DNA of 64,000 nt from an uncultured virus (IMG/VR IMGVR_UViG_3300021400_000318) (lineage: Duplodnaviria > Heunggongvirae > Uroviricota > Caudoviricetes): the IMG/VR virus record IMGVR_UViG_3300021400_000318. One strand, given 5' to 3'. Below, in pieces: positions 47,277-55,782 of the stretch. The notes under the pieces were generated by a model. That model was not told the DNA's origin and made no database searches. It was given only the letters and a program-made list of their open reading frames with translations. Every line of letters begins with the position of its first letter. Position 1 is the stretch's first letter. The translations under genes were made by a program, and so were the position numbers.

Positions 47277-48455
47277 ATGAATGTAAAGAACATCATTTCG
47301 ATGGATGAACTGTCGTATGTGTCACGTCAGTCATTCACAGAGAAGATTGCCATCCAAAGACTGGCAACCTATGACACACAGTTACAGCAGAAACGTGACA
47401 ATCTCGCACCTATCTCCGAAGCACAGGCCAAGGAGATTAAGGACTTCTGGAGCAAGAAACTCATGTGGCATGACGGACTTCTAAATATGAAGTATTACGA
47501 TGTCTATAATGCCGTTGAGCAGGACAGGTCAAAGTTGAAGCTGTATATCCCAGACAGTTTCTTTTATGCGTTCATTGATGAGTACTTCACCAATCCACAG
47601 CGCAGTACGGCTCTTGATGACAAGAATATGTATGACATGTACTTCCCGAACGTCAAGCGTCCAAAGACTATTGCACGTAAGGTTGACGATGTGTACTTGA
47701 ATGAGAACTATGAGCCGATTTCTGTCGAGGACTTCATCAAAACCTGCAAGGAGCACAAGGAGGTCATCGTTAAGTCTGCCATCGGATCGTGGGGAGGCCA
47801 CGGTGTGAAGTTCTGGGATGCCGAGAAAGATAGCGTAGAGACACTTCTGAACTATATCTATACCCAGAATGCAGAGTATTTCAGAGGCTCATCAGTGTAT
47901 AAGCAGTACATCGTACAGGAGGTGTTTAAACAGCACAAGGACTTGGCAGACATCAATTCGAGCAGTGTCAACACCATCCGAGTGATGACCCTGTTCCGTA
48001 ATGGCAATGTCAAGGCTCTGTCATCAGTGCTTCGCATGGGTGTTGACGGCAGTCGTGTAGATAACTGCAGTAGCGGTGGAATTGTTTGCGGCATCACAGA
48101 GGATGGGCACTTGAAGGAAGTTGCCTATGATGGAGCGGCCAACCGCTTCTACCGCCATCCGCAGGGTGTCGAGTTCATAGGACGTGTTGTTCCTGCATAC
48201 GCTGAGTGTGTTGCTATGGCAGAGAAATTGGCGTACCGCTTCTATGGAGCCTCACGCCTAATCTCTTGGGATTTCGCTGTTGCGGAAGATGGAACGCCCA
48301 CACTGATTGAAATGAATATCTCGTTTGGTGAGTTGGACTTCCATCAGTTGTGTAACGGACCTATCTTCGGTGATGACACAAAGGACATCATTGATGAAGT
48401 CTTTGACCACAGCCATACTTTAAAGGAAATCATTAAGTTGTACGATAAAGAGTAA
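47277..48455 (+). CDS. sugar-transfer-associated ATP-grasp protein
   Basis: LDDK, P.TI, GGHGV, VQE...QH.....N.SSVNTIRV.T, DN.SSGG, WDFA..EDG.P.LIE.N. Confidence 0.8.
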   Translation: MNVKNIISMDELSYVSRQSFTEKIAIQRLATYDTQLQQKRDNLAPISEAQAKEIKDFWSKKLMWHDGLLNMKYYDVYNAVEQDRSKLKLYIPDSFFYAFIDEYFTNPQRSTALDDKNMYDMYFPNVKRPKTIARKVDDVYLNENYEPISVEDFIKTCKEHKEVIVKSAIGSWGGHGVKFWDAEKDSVETLLNYIYTQNAEYFRGSSVYKQYIVQEVFKQHKDLADINSSSVNTIRVMTLFRNGNVKALSSVLRMGVDGSRVDNCSSGGIVCGITEDGHLKEVAYDGAANRFYRHPQGVEFIGRVVPAYAECVAMAEKLAYRFYGASRLISWDFAVAEDGTPTLIEMNISFGELDFHQLCNGPIFGDDTKDIIDEVFDHSHTLKEIIKLYDKE

Positions 48456-48460
48456 CCAAT

Positions 48461-48838
48461 ATGAAAACATCACATAAGATTCGTGTAAAGATTGCGAACA
48501 TGTTTATCTCTCTGGCGATGTGGCTAACACCTAAAGCCCAGAAAATGCTCATTCAGAAGATGGATAAGTATAAGGCGCAGCAGATAGGAACCGCTTGGGG
48601 CTTGACGAAGAAGGACATCAACAAGTTCCTGGAGGCCAACCCAGACACGCCCAAGAAGGAGGCGAGGGAAGCCGCCATCAAGGAGATTCTTGGTGAGCAA
48701 CGTGAGGCCATCCTTACTACCGCTGCATCCATCATCGAGTATCGGACGTACAACAAGCACGGCCAGACAATCATTGAATCAAGATTGAACGTCTATGTCC
48801 CCAAGGAAACCGAAACCGATGCCGAGGCAGAAGCCTAA
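48461..48838 (+). CDS. hypothetical protein
   Basis: 125-aa ORF. Confidence 0.5.
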   Translation: MKTSHKIRVKIANMFISLAMWLTPKAQKMLIQKMDKYKAQQIGTAWGLTKKDINKFLEANPDTPKKEAREAAIKEILGEQREAILTTAASIIEYRTYNKHGQTIIESRLNVYVPKETETDAEAEA

Positions 48839-49025
48839 ACGAGAGATAGGGAATCACAGGTGCGGAGAGTGTGCGAATGTAGTTGAAGAGACGAAGTTCA
48901 ACACTCTCAGCATTAAAGGAGAGCCGACAATGGGCAGATGTCCCCACTATAAGGAAGGAAAGTTCTGCGTCCTGTTAAGTGATAGAAGTTGCATCAATTT
49001 CAAACCAAGGAATGAAGTCAAGTAA
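48795..49025 (+). CDS. Cys-rich hypothetical protein
   Basis: CGEC...GRCP...LLS...C. Confidence 0.5.
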   Translation: MSPRKPKPMPRQKPKREIGNHRCGECANVVEETKFNTLSIKGEPTMGRCPHYKEGKFCVLLSDRSCINFKPRNEVK

Positions 49026-49398
49026 ATACCCTGCCATCGCCTATGGCAAACTGACGTTTGAAGAGAGCCGTTACCAGAGAGGTGACAAGTGGTGGTATGC
49101 CTCCACCCTTCTACGTGCCTGCCATGAAGCAGAACTGGAGCCGTTCGAGTACCCTGTTGCCTGCTATGATATGGCAAACAAGTATTTCCCTCTGGATAAT
49201 ATGGATGATTTCGTCTGGCAGATGAAGCGGACGTTGGAAGCAGACTATGAGAACTACCCAATAATATTGGATGATTTAGGCCAGGTTGCCGATGGCAATC
49301 ATCGCATCTGCCATGCCATTCTGGATGGTAAGACAAGCGTTCTCGCCTACAGGCTCCAGACGATGCCAGAACCAGACTTTATAAAGGAAGAAAGTTAA
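49012..49398 (+). CDS. ParB/Srx-like small protein
   Basis: YPIILD..G..ADG.HR..HA. Confidence 0.7.
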   Translation: MKSSKYPAIAYGKLTFEESRYQRGDKWWYASTLLRACHEAELEPFEYPVACYDMANKYFPLDNMDDFVWQMKRTLEADYENYPIILDDLGQVADGNHRICHAILDGKTSVLAYRLQTMPEPDFIKEES

Positions 49399-51497
49399 TG
49401 GCAAGAATAAGGACACCGAACCAGAAGAAAGCGTATAATGCTCTGAACAACCGACTGACACAGTACGTTAGTCAAGTTCAGAGCATCTATGATATGGCCA
49501 ACAGGAGGATGGCAGAGATAGCCGCCTCTACTGACTATGACGGAGAGGTGCCCTTCTCATTCAAGGACTACCCAGAGTTAGCCGAAGCTGTCAAGGACGT
49601 ACAGGCTCAGTTTGTCAATGAGATTGGAACTACCATCATGCGTGGAACCTCAGAGGAATGGAGGCAGAGTAATCTCATACAGGACCTATTGGCCGATAAG
49701 GTATTGAAGCACTATCGGGCGCAGGTACGAGGCAAGCGTTTCAAGCAGTACTACCAGACGAACAGTGATGCCCTCAAAGCCTTCCAGAACCGCAGAGACA
49801 GAGGAATGAACCTGTCTGCCAAACTCTGGGGACAGGCTGACGAATATACGATGGAAACAGAGGCTGCAATTTCCTGCACTATCAGCAATGCCATCGAGAA
49901 GGGAATGTCGGCTATAACGTTGTCAAAACGTCTCTCAAAGTACCTGCAGGACTACCCTTCACTACTGCATGATTATTGGGAAACCTACGGTAAGGCAGCG
50001 AATATCCATGACTGCGAGTATCGAAGCATCCGTCTGGCACGATCTGAAATCAATATGGCCTATCGCACTGCCGAGCAGGAGCGTTGGAAGCAGTTTGATT
50101 TTGTCCTCGGGTATGAAATCAAGCTGTCCGGTAGCCATCCGCACACAGACATCTGTGACGATTTGAAGGGCAGGTACCCAAAGGATTTCGTCTGGACTGG
50201 TTGGCACCCTAACGATATGTGCTATGCTGTTCCTATCATTATGAGTGAGGAAGAATACTGGAGTGAAAACAGAAGAAAATCTGACGAGCAGATTACGGAC
50301 GTTCCTCAGCCATACAAGGATTGGGTTGCAGGAAATGTCAACAGGATAAAGTCTGCTGACAGAAACGGAACATTACCATATTTCCTCAAAGAGAATCCAG
50401 ATTTCCGAAAATACATGGGTACAGACTATGTGGCAGAATGGAGGCATCGTACCAGAAATGCAGATGAAATACAACTTGCATGGAATAACAGGAAGGCCAT
50501 GAAAGAAAGTTCTGACTATTTCCCTCTTACCAACCTTCGTAAACATGCACACTATGTAGGCTATGATATGTCTGAGTTTGAACAGTTCATCCGCACTACT
50601 GATTTGAAGTATGATAAGAATGGAATAAGTAAGCTGTTCGAGGACGCATACGATAAGTACGAGGCAGAGTATTTCGAGAAGAGAGCAAGCGTCAACGCCT
50701 CTTATACACGTCTGAATGGACTTCTGAACTCTGCCAAACTTTGTGTCGGCCCATACAGGGTGCAGTCTGCTATAAACGAAATGGAATTGGCTATAGGCAA
50801 TTATTCAACTATCACGGCACATGTTGGCCAGTCGTATTCCTCCAAGAGGTTTGATGAAGCGTACCGGTCAGCAAGAAAGAAACTGAATGCAGCCGCCAAA
50901 GCCGCAAACACAGCCAACGATGCGGATATAGAAAATGCTCTCGGCATCAAGAAGGGACACCCGATGCCTTTCCTGGAGGCTGACCAAGGAAGGGGAAATA
51001 TCCGTTATACTGGTCGTTTGTTAAATCCATACTCCATCAACTGTCAAGTATGTGTCGTAGCAGACGAACTCCGTAGAAGAGGATATGATGTGACTGCCCT
51101 TGGAAGAATCGAAGGTAGCGGAATGGTTGATAAGATTGCTCACCATACAGAGTTACCTTGGTTTGAAAAGAACACTGGTAGAATACCCATCAAGAAACGT
51201 ATCGGAATGTCTGGAAAATCTGTCAGCGACATCTACATTGAACTGGAAACAATGACAACAGCCAAAGGACGTTATCATATTGATTGGGGATGGGCAGGAG
51301 GCACAGAAGGCCATATTGTCTGCCTCGAACGCAGGGCAAATGGAACGCTTCGTTACTATGACCCACAGAACGGACAGCCGTATGACATCTTTGATATTAT
51401 CAGAAGAAGTAACAGAAACTTCCCTCTGAATGTATTGAAGGTTGATGATTTGCTTGTTGACCCGCGAATTATTAGGTCAATAGTTAAACCTTTGTAA
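49398..51497 (+). CDS. minor head (MuF-like) protein with C-terminal papain-fold toxin-like domain
   Basis: RLARSEINMAYR, CDDL.G.YPK.F.WTGWHP..C N-half; C-terminal NCQVCVVA.ELRRRGYDV, GH, YYDPQ. Confidence 0.75.
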   Translation: MARIRTPNQKKAYNALNNRLTQYVSQVQSIYDMANRRMAEIAASTDYDGEVPFSFKDYPELAEAVKDVQAQFVNEIGTTIMRGTSEEWRQSNLIQDLLADKVLKHYRAQVRGKRFKQYYQTNSDALKAFQNRRDRGMNLSAKLWGQADEYTMETEAAISCTISNAIEKGMSAITLSKRLSKYLQDYPSLLHDYWETYGKAANIHDCEYRSIRLARSEINMAYRTAEQERWKQFDFVLGYEIKLSGSHPHTDICDDLKGRYPKDFVWTGWHPNDMCYAVPIIMSEEEYWSENRRKSDEQITDVPQPYKDWVAGNVNRIKSADRNGTLPYFLKENPDFRKYMGTDYVAEWRHRTRNADEIQLAWNNRKAMKESSDYFPLTNLRKHAHYVGYDMSEFEQFIRTTDLKYDKNGISKLFEDAYDKYEAEYFEKRASVNASYTRLNGLLNSAKLCVGPYRVQSAINEMELAIGNYSTITAHVGQSYSSKRFDEAYRSARKKLNAAAKAANTANDADIENALGIKKGHPMPFLEADQGRGNIRYTGRLLNPYSINCQVCVVADELRRRGYDVTALGRIEGSGMVDKIAHHTELPWFEKNTGRIPIKKRIGMSGKSVSDIYIELETMTTAKGRYHIDWGWAGGTEGHIVCLERRANGTLRYYDPQNGQPYDIFDIIRRSNRNFPLNVLKVDDLLVDPRIIRSIVKPL

Positions 51498-51560
51498 AAC
51501 TGAAATGGTTATGAAACAATCAAAGAAAATACTTCGTATCTTTGCAAAAACAAAATAGTT

Positions 51561-51803
51561 ATGGATAAGAAGGAGTATATCAAGAAGTCCAACGCCATCA
51601 TAGAAAAGATGCTCGAATTGGAGAATGATTTTGCCGCTTTGGTACACGACTACTACCAAGCCTCCCCCAAGGAGAAAGGCAAAAGTGGCACTGATTTCTA
51701 TAAGGAGATGAGTGGAGTGATTGATACCTGTGAAAGAGGCGTGTTCTCTCTTCTGGATAAGTTGAAGGATCCCGATTCCATACAGGCTTATGATACAAAG
51801 TGA
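51561..51803 (+). CDS. small protein after MuF-toxin (candidate immunity)
   Basis: 80 aa with its own tatctttg box upstream. Confidence 0.45.
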   Translation: MDKKEYIKKSNAIIEKMLELENDFAALVHDYYQASPKEKGKSGTDFYKEMSGVIDTCERGVFSLLDKLKDPDSIQAYDTK

Positions 51804-51861
51804 ATAAGTTGAAACTTTTTACTGTCACCAATATGGGTGCCAAGATGGATGCAGAAGGCCA

Positions 51862-52030
51862 TTTTGACACCCATTAACTTTGTTGAGGCTCAGTTAAGTT
51901 AACGAACCGTTAAATTCTTCTCCTAAAGTTCTATAAAAGTTTATAATATTACCCCCTTTATACTTATCCACAAGCAAGAAAATAAGGCCACCTTGCGGAT
52001 TTCGCAAAAACGTACAAAATTCTGTCAAAA
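51862..52030 (+). repeat. dispersed intergenic repeat A, copy 4
   Basis: Shares 24- and 25-bp identical blocks with copies 1 and 3; contains TTATCCACA at 51964-51972. Confidence 0.85.
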
Positions 52031-52096
52031 ATTAGGAATCTGACGTAAAAAGTACAAACGTTAAACATTTGTAACGTGCTGAAAATAAATGATTTT

Positions 52097-52131
52097 TCGT
52101 TTTGATATTCAGAAATAAAGCGGTAACTTTG
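52097..52131 (+). promoter_or_regulatory. class I promoter
   Basis: tcgttttgatattcagaaa...taactttg. Confidence 0.8.
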
Positions 52132-52172
52132 CCAGAGCAAACAGCAATAAAATAACTTAAAAGAATTGAGCA

Positions 52173-52505
52173 ATGAAATCGTACAGTATTTATCAGATTA
52201 AGGATGATGCCACCATTGCAAGGTACATCAAGTTTATGGGCCTCGACTTCTTGAAGGATAATAACCTTTGCGAGGTTGACGGTGATTTATGCAAACTCGA
52301 CAGCGACATGTACGAGAAAGTCTATGAAGGCACCATCGCATTAGGGCAGGATGATGAAGATACACTGAACTTAATCTACAGAATGTTCCAAGGAAGGAAG
52401 CCTGTCGCATACAAGGGAACCTCGCTGTCAGTATCAGACGTGGTAGTTCTGGACGGAACAGCATATTATGTGGATGACTATGGATTTGAGAAGATTGACT
52501 TTTAA
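52173..52505 (+). CDS. YodL-like protein
   Basis: Y.IYQ, Y..VYEG, L..IY..F....P..Y.G.SLSVSDVV.L...AYYVD.YGF. Confidence 0.85.
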   Translation: MKSYSIYQIKDDATIARYIKFMGLDFLKDNNLCEVDGDLCKLDSDMYEKVYEGTIALGQDDEDTLNLIYRMFQGRKPVAYKGTSLSVSDVVVLDGTAYYVDDYGFEKIDF

Positions 52506-52516
52506 ATAGAAACGAT

Positions 52517-52822
52517 ATGAGTTACAGTCAGAAGAAAGTGCTTGACTATTACAAGCAGACCAAGGGACAGTTTTGTGTCTATGCGTTCAACCAAGACACG
52601 AAGTTAAGAGAATCGGCATACGTAAGACTGAACTGCCTTGATGCCTTGCAGGAAATGATGAGCAAGGCACAGGCAGGATTCCTTGTGCTCGCTCTTGATA
52701 TAAAAGGAAGCACTATAGCAGATGTCTGGGAGTTGAAGAATAATGCTCGCATCAGTTATGACCTCTGCAGGCAGTGGGCTGTTAAGACCTACGTGATGTC
52801 AAACGCTATATCTAAGATTTAA
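52517..52822 (+). CDS. hypothetical protein
   Basis: ORF in early island 3. Confidence 0.5.
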   Translation: MSYSQKKVLDYYKQTKGQFCVYAFNQDTKLRESAYVRLNCLDALQEMMSKAQAGFLVLALDIKGSTIADVWELKNNARISYDLCRQWAVKTYVMSNAISKI

Positions 52823-52834
52823 GGAGAAGCTATT

Positions 52835-53092
52835 ATGAAAGAGAAGAAAGTTTATACGCTCGTAAAGACAAGGACGTTCCTGTATAACCGTCCAGATCAG
52901 GTTCGCAACGTAGAAGGTACTCTGGATGAACTGACAGAGTATTTCAGTTACACCCTCTCCACAGGCCATGAATACGATTCCAAGGTGAATAAGAACCCAA
53001 AGACGATAAGGTCTCTGATTAAGTCAGTCAACAGAGGCTATGAGGCAATGGGTATGTTCTGTTACGTAGAGTTAGCGGAGAAGCAAGATTAA
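52835..53092 (+). CDS. hypothetical protein
   Basis: GTLDELT.YFSYTL..G...NKNPKTI.SL. Confidence 0.6.
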   Translation: MKEKKVYTLVKTRTFLYNRPDQVRNVEGTLDELTEYFSYTLSTGHEYDSKVNKNPKTIRSLIKSVNRGYEAMGMFCYVELAEKQD

Positions 53093-53110
53093 CCATCAAT
53101 ATTAAGAGCA

Positions 53111-53608
53111 ATGAAAGAAGTCTTTTTTAACGATTTAGGCAATCTGTCAGAAAGAGATTGCAAGGCCATCCGAAATATTATGGATGGTGTGAGTTACTAC
53201 AAGTTTGATGTAAGCTGGTCGAACGTCAATGGCAACTGCCGGCTGATTGTCAATACTGACTATCCGAAGGCCACTGACGAAGAGGTTAAGAACATGTTCA
53301 TGCACGTCCTTTCCTGTAAGGCTGCAGGACTGGCACACCAGAAGAAGATTCTGGAAGAGTTTGCCACTCTCCATTATCAGCATCCAGAAGGTGTGGTTAT
53401 GTACGAATGGTGCAATCGCCTGTTTTTCTACTTTGGTGACAGAGACAAGGCGCAGCAGGTTCTTGACCATCCAGAGTGTGGTATCTGTATCACCTGTACG
53501 GAGCCAGACAACTGGCCAGTGGCCTCCATCCCAGTAGCAGGTATGCAGGAAGCCCTAACGAAATTCAGAGAGAAGGAAGTAGAAGTGTATTACGTAAGAT
53601 TATATTGA
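53111..53608 (+). CDS. hypothetical early protein
   Basis: AGAGCAATG start. Confidence 0.6.
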   Translation: MKEVFFNDLGNLSERDCKAIRNIMDGVSYYKFDVSWSNVNGNCRLIVNTDYPKATDEEVKNMFMHVLSCKAAGLAHQKKILEEFATLHYQHPEGVVMYEWCNRLFFYFGDRDKAQQVLDHPECGICITCTEPDNWPVASIPVAGMQEALTKFREKEVEVYYVRLY

Positions 53609-53610
53609 TT

Positions 53611-53970
53611 ATGGGATTCTGTAGCAAGAAAGAAGAAGCCGTTTACAACAGGCTTGTAGGGAATGGAAGCGAGAAGGTTTACCTCTTGCAGCAGGGCGAC
53701 AGCCACTTGACGAATCAGAGTCTTGTCATAATGGGAATCTTCACAAGCGAGGACGAACTTGAGAAGGGAGCCAGAAAGCTGCTTCAAGACAACCTCTCCC
53801 ACAATTTCTGGGCTTGGGAATGGAACAGCGACAGGCAGGATGAGAAGGATGCCCAGAGAGACTATATCGAGAGTGAGGCGAAGCGGTTCATGGAGGACTT
53901 TCAGACCTATCTTGGCGATGTCCTTCTTATCGCTACTGAAGTTGAACTAAACGTTGTAGGGGAGATTTGA
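53611..53970 (+). CDS. hypothetical protein
   Basis: In-frame ATG after the upstream stop. Confidence 0.5.
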   Translation: MGFCSKKEEAVYNRLVGNGSEKVYLLQQGDSHLTNQSLVIMGIFTSEDELEKGARKLLQDNLSHNFWAWEWNSDRQDEKDAQRDYIESEAKRFMEDFQTYLGDVLLIATEVELNVVGEI

Positions 53971-53971
53971 C

Positions 53972-54280
53972 ATGGAAACGATTGCATCCTTCGCCTTCTA
54001 CGGCTATGACTACACAGTATTTAGAGCAAACATAATATTCAAAGTCAAGCGGACGAGCAGGCGTACAGGGAAAAGCCAGTGGGCCTATACAGGCGAGTCA
54101 GAGATTTTCGACGATTGCGACGATAAGGAACTGAACGACCTCCTTGAAATCTGCAACGACAGGATTTTCCTTGCAAAGGTAATACGGCGTCACAGAGCGT
54201 CCAAAAAAGCCATCAGCGCACTATTTACCGCCAAAGACAGGAAAACGTCTCACAGCGTAAGCAATGAGGTTCAAACGTAA
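53972..54280 (+). CDS. hypothetical protein
   Basis: 102-aa ORF; 3' end overlaps a repeat-B copy. Confidence 0.45.
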   Translation: METIASFAFYGYDYTVFRANIIFKVKRTSRRTGKSQWAYTGESEIFDDCDDKELNDLLEICNDRIFLAKVIRRHRASKKAISALFTAKDRKTSHSVSNEVQT

Positions 54281-54410
54281 CGCAAAGACTTTTTAATATT
54301 TCTTTTCTTGCCAGAGGGACGGACATCGGCTATCAGCCAGTCTGCCCCTCTTATCATATTATTAATTGAAAAGTTAAAGATATTTGCCATTCAAATAGTT
54401 AATTGTTGTG

Positions 54411-54448
54411 AAAAGTATTTGTTTTTCAAATAAGTTTAACTATCTTTG
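54411..54448 (+). promoter_or_regulatory. class II promoter (head/tail operon)
   Basis: aaaagtatttgtttttcaaat...tatctttg; extra ATTTG-N5-CAAAT at 54382-54396. Confidence 0.75.
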
Positions 54449-54522
54449 CGACCGAAAGCGTGTGTTGATGCACGTGACAGAACACTGAACGTACTGAACT
54501 TTGCTCATGGTGCTTTACGTTG

Positions 54523-54557
54523 ATGGTCTGCCTGTGTTCCACTCGCAGACCATTTTT
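54523..54557 (+). terminator. terminator/attenuator in the leader of the structural operon
   Basis: atggtctgc...gcagaccat-tttt, between the promoter and the scaffold start. Confidence 0.65.
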
Positions 54558-54576
54558 AAACTAAAATTAAAGCAAA

Positions 54577-55311
54577 ATGAACAAGCATTTCAGAAAAGTT
54601 CAAGATGTGCTGAAAACGAGAAAGGAGATTAAGGCGCTCGGGTTCAGCCGTAAAGAGTTAAAGGGTATCGCTGCCAAAGTTGCCGATAAACTTGACCTCG
54701 ATGATGAAGCAAGTGACGAAGATGTTGAGAAAGCGATTAACGATGAGGTTGATGCCGTTATCCCTTTCCTTCAGACTGCACAGAGCCTTGCTGACCGCCG
54801 TCTCCAAGAGTACAAAGACGCTCATCCTGCCGATGACGATGACGACGATGACGATGACCTTAACGACCCAGATGACGATGAGGGTGATAAGAGTCCATCG
54901 AACAAGGGCAAGAAGGGCAAGGGCAACAAGAACCAGACTGCCACTGAGAAACTTCTTGGCGAACTGACAAACACCATTAAGGGTCTCCAAACCGAAATCG
55001 CTGACCTAAAGAGCGGCAAGACTGCTGACAGCAGAAAGGCCAAACTGGAGGCACTGGTTAAGGACACTGGCCGTTTCGGTGAACGTACTCTCAAATCTTT
55101 CGCCCGCATGTCGTTCAAGGATGATGAAGAGTTCGAAGCCTACCTGGATGAGGTACAGGAGGAACTTGATGCCGAGAACAAGGAGAGAACCGAGAAGGGT
55201 CTTGACAAGTTAGGCACACCCCCTGCCGTCAGAACGGATGGCGGACACGAAACACACAAGGACGATGAAGTTATGTCGGATGATGATGTCAAGGATCTGG
55301 CCAAAGACTGA
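54577..55311 (+). CDS. capsid scaffolding protein
   Basis: Acidic/coiled-coil, first gene of the head cluster. Confidence 0.7.
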   Translation: MNKHFRKVQDVLKTRKEIKALGFSRKELKGIAAKVADKLDLDDEASDEDVEKAINDEVDAVIPFLQTAQSLADRRLQEYKDAHPADDDDDDDDDLNDPDDDEGDKSPSNKGKKGKGNKNQTATEKLLGELTNTIKGLQTEIADLKSGKTADSRKAKLEALVKDTGRFGERTLKSFARMSFKDDEEFEAYLDEVQEELDAENKERTEKGLDKLGTPPAVRTDGGHETHKDDEVMSDDDVKDLAKD

Positions 55312-55346
55312 TTCTCTGCTATGTCAAACAATTAAAACCAAGTACA

Positions 55347-55769
55347 ATGGGAGCAAAAACCAATCTCGGTAAGAAGGATGCCACTCTGGTTGAAGCCGGA
55401 CTGGATTCTGTTGTTATCCGTCATTATGGCTCTGGTATCACTGGTGGTCGCTCACTCGATATGACTGGCTTCACTGGTACCGCCATTAAGGCAGGTCACA
55501 TGACCATCAAGACACTGGATGAGGATGGTAAGAACTACACGTTCAAGCCAATGCCAGTTGCCCAGGACGGTGTTCACTATGCGGCCCTCCCTGCAAGCCA
55601 TGAGTATGCAGGTGTTGTGGTTGCCTCTAAGCCTGCTGACCAAGCAATGGTCGGCATTATGGATGATGGCCGTGTCAACGATGAGGCTATGCCTTATCAG
55701 TTTGCGGATGCTGCACAGCGTGCCGCAGTCAAGGCCGCTCTGCCTAACCTTATTTTCGAACACGATTAA
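55347..55769 (+). CDS. head decoration protein
   Basis: GGRSLD..G, IKAGH, PMPV, G.VN...PY; between scaffold and MCP. Confidence 0.65.
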   Translation: MGAKTNLGKKDATLVEAGLDSVVIRHYGSGITGGRSLDMTGFTGTAIKAGHMTIKTLDEDGKNYTFKPMPVAQDGVHYAALPASHEYAGVVVASKPADQAMVGIMDDGRVNDEAMPYQFADAAQRAAVKAALPNLIFEHD

Positions 55770-55782
55770 AAGCAAGTAGAGT

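Noticed and set aside
51964..51972. DnaA box TTATCCACA implying a DnaA-dependent origin
   Set aside because: Only one perfect copy; the other repeat-A copies diverge (ttatccact, ttatccatc, ttatcccac) and are not clustered
54832..54882. GAT/GAC tandem repeat
   Set aside because: Encodes a poly-Asp linker in the scaffold protein
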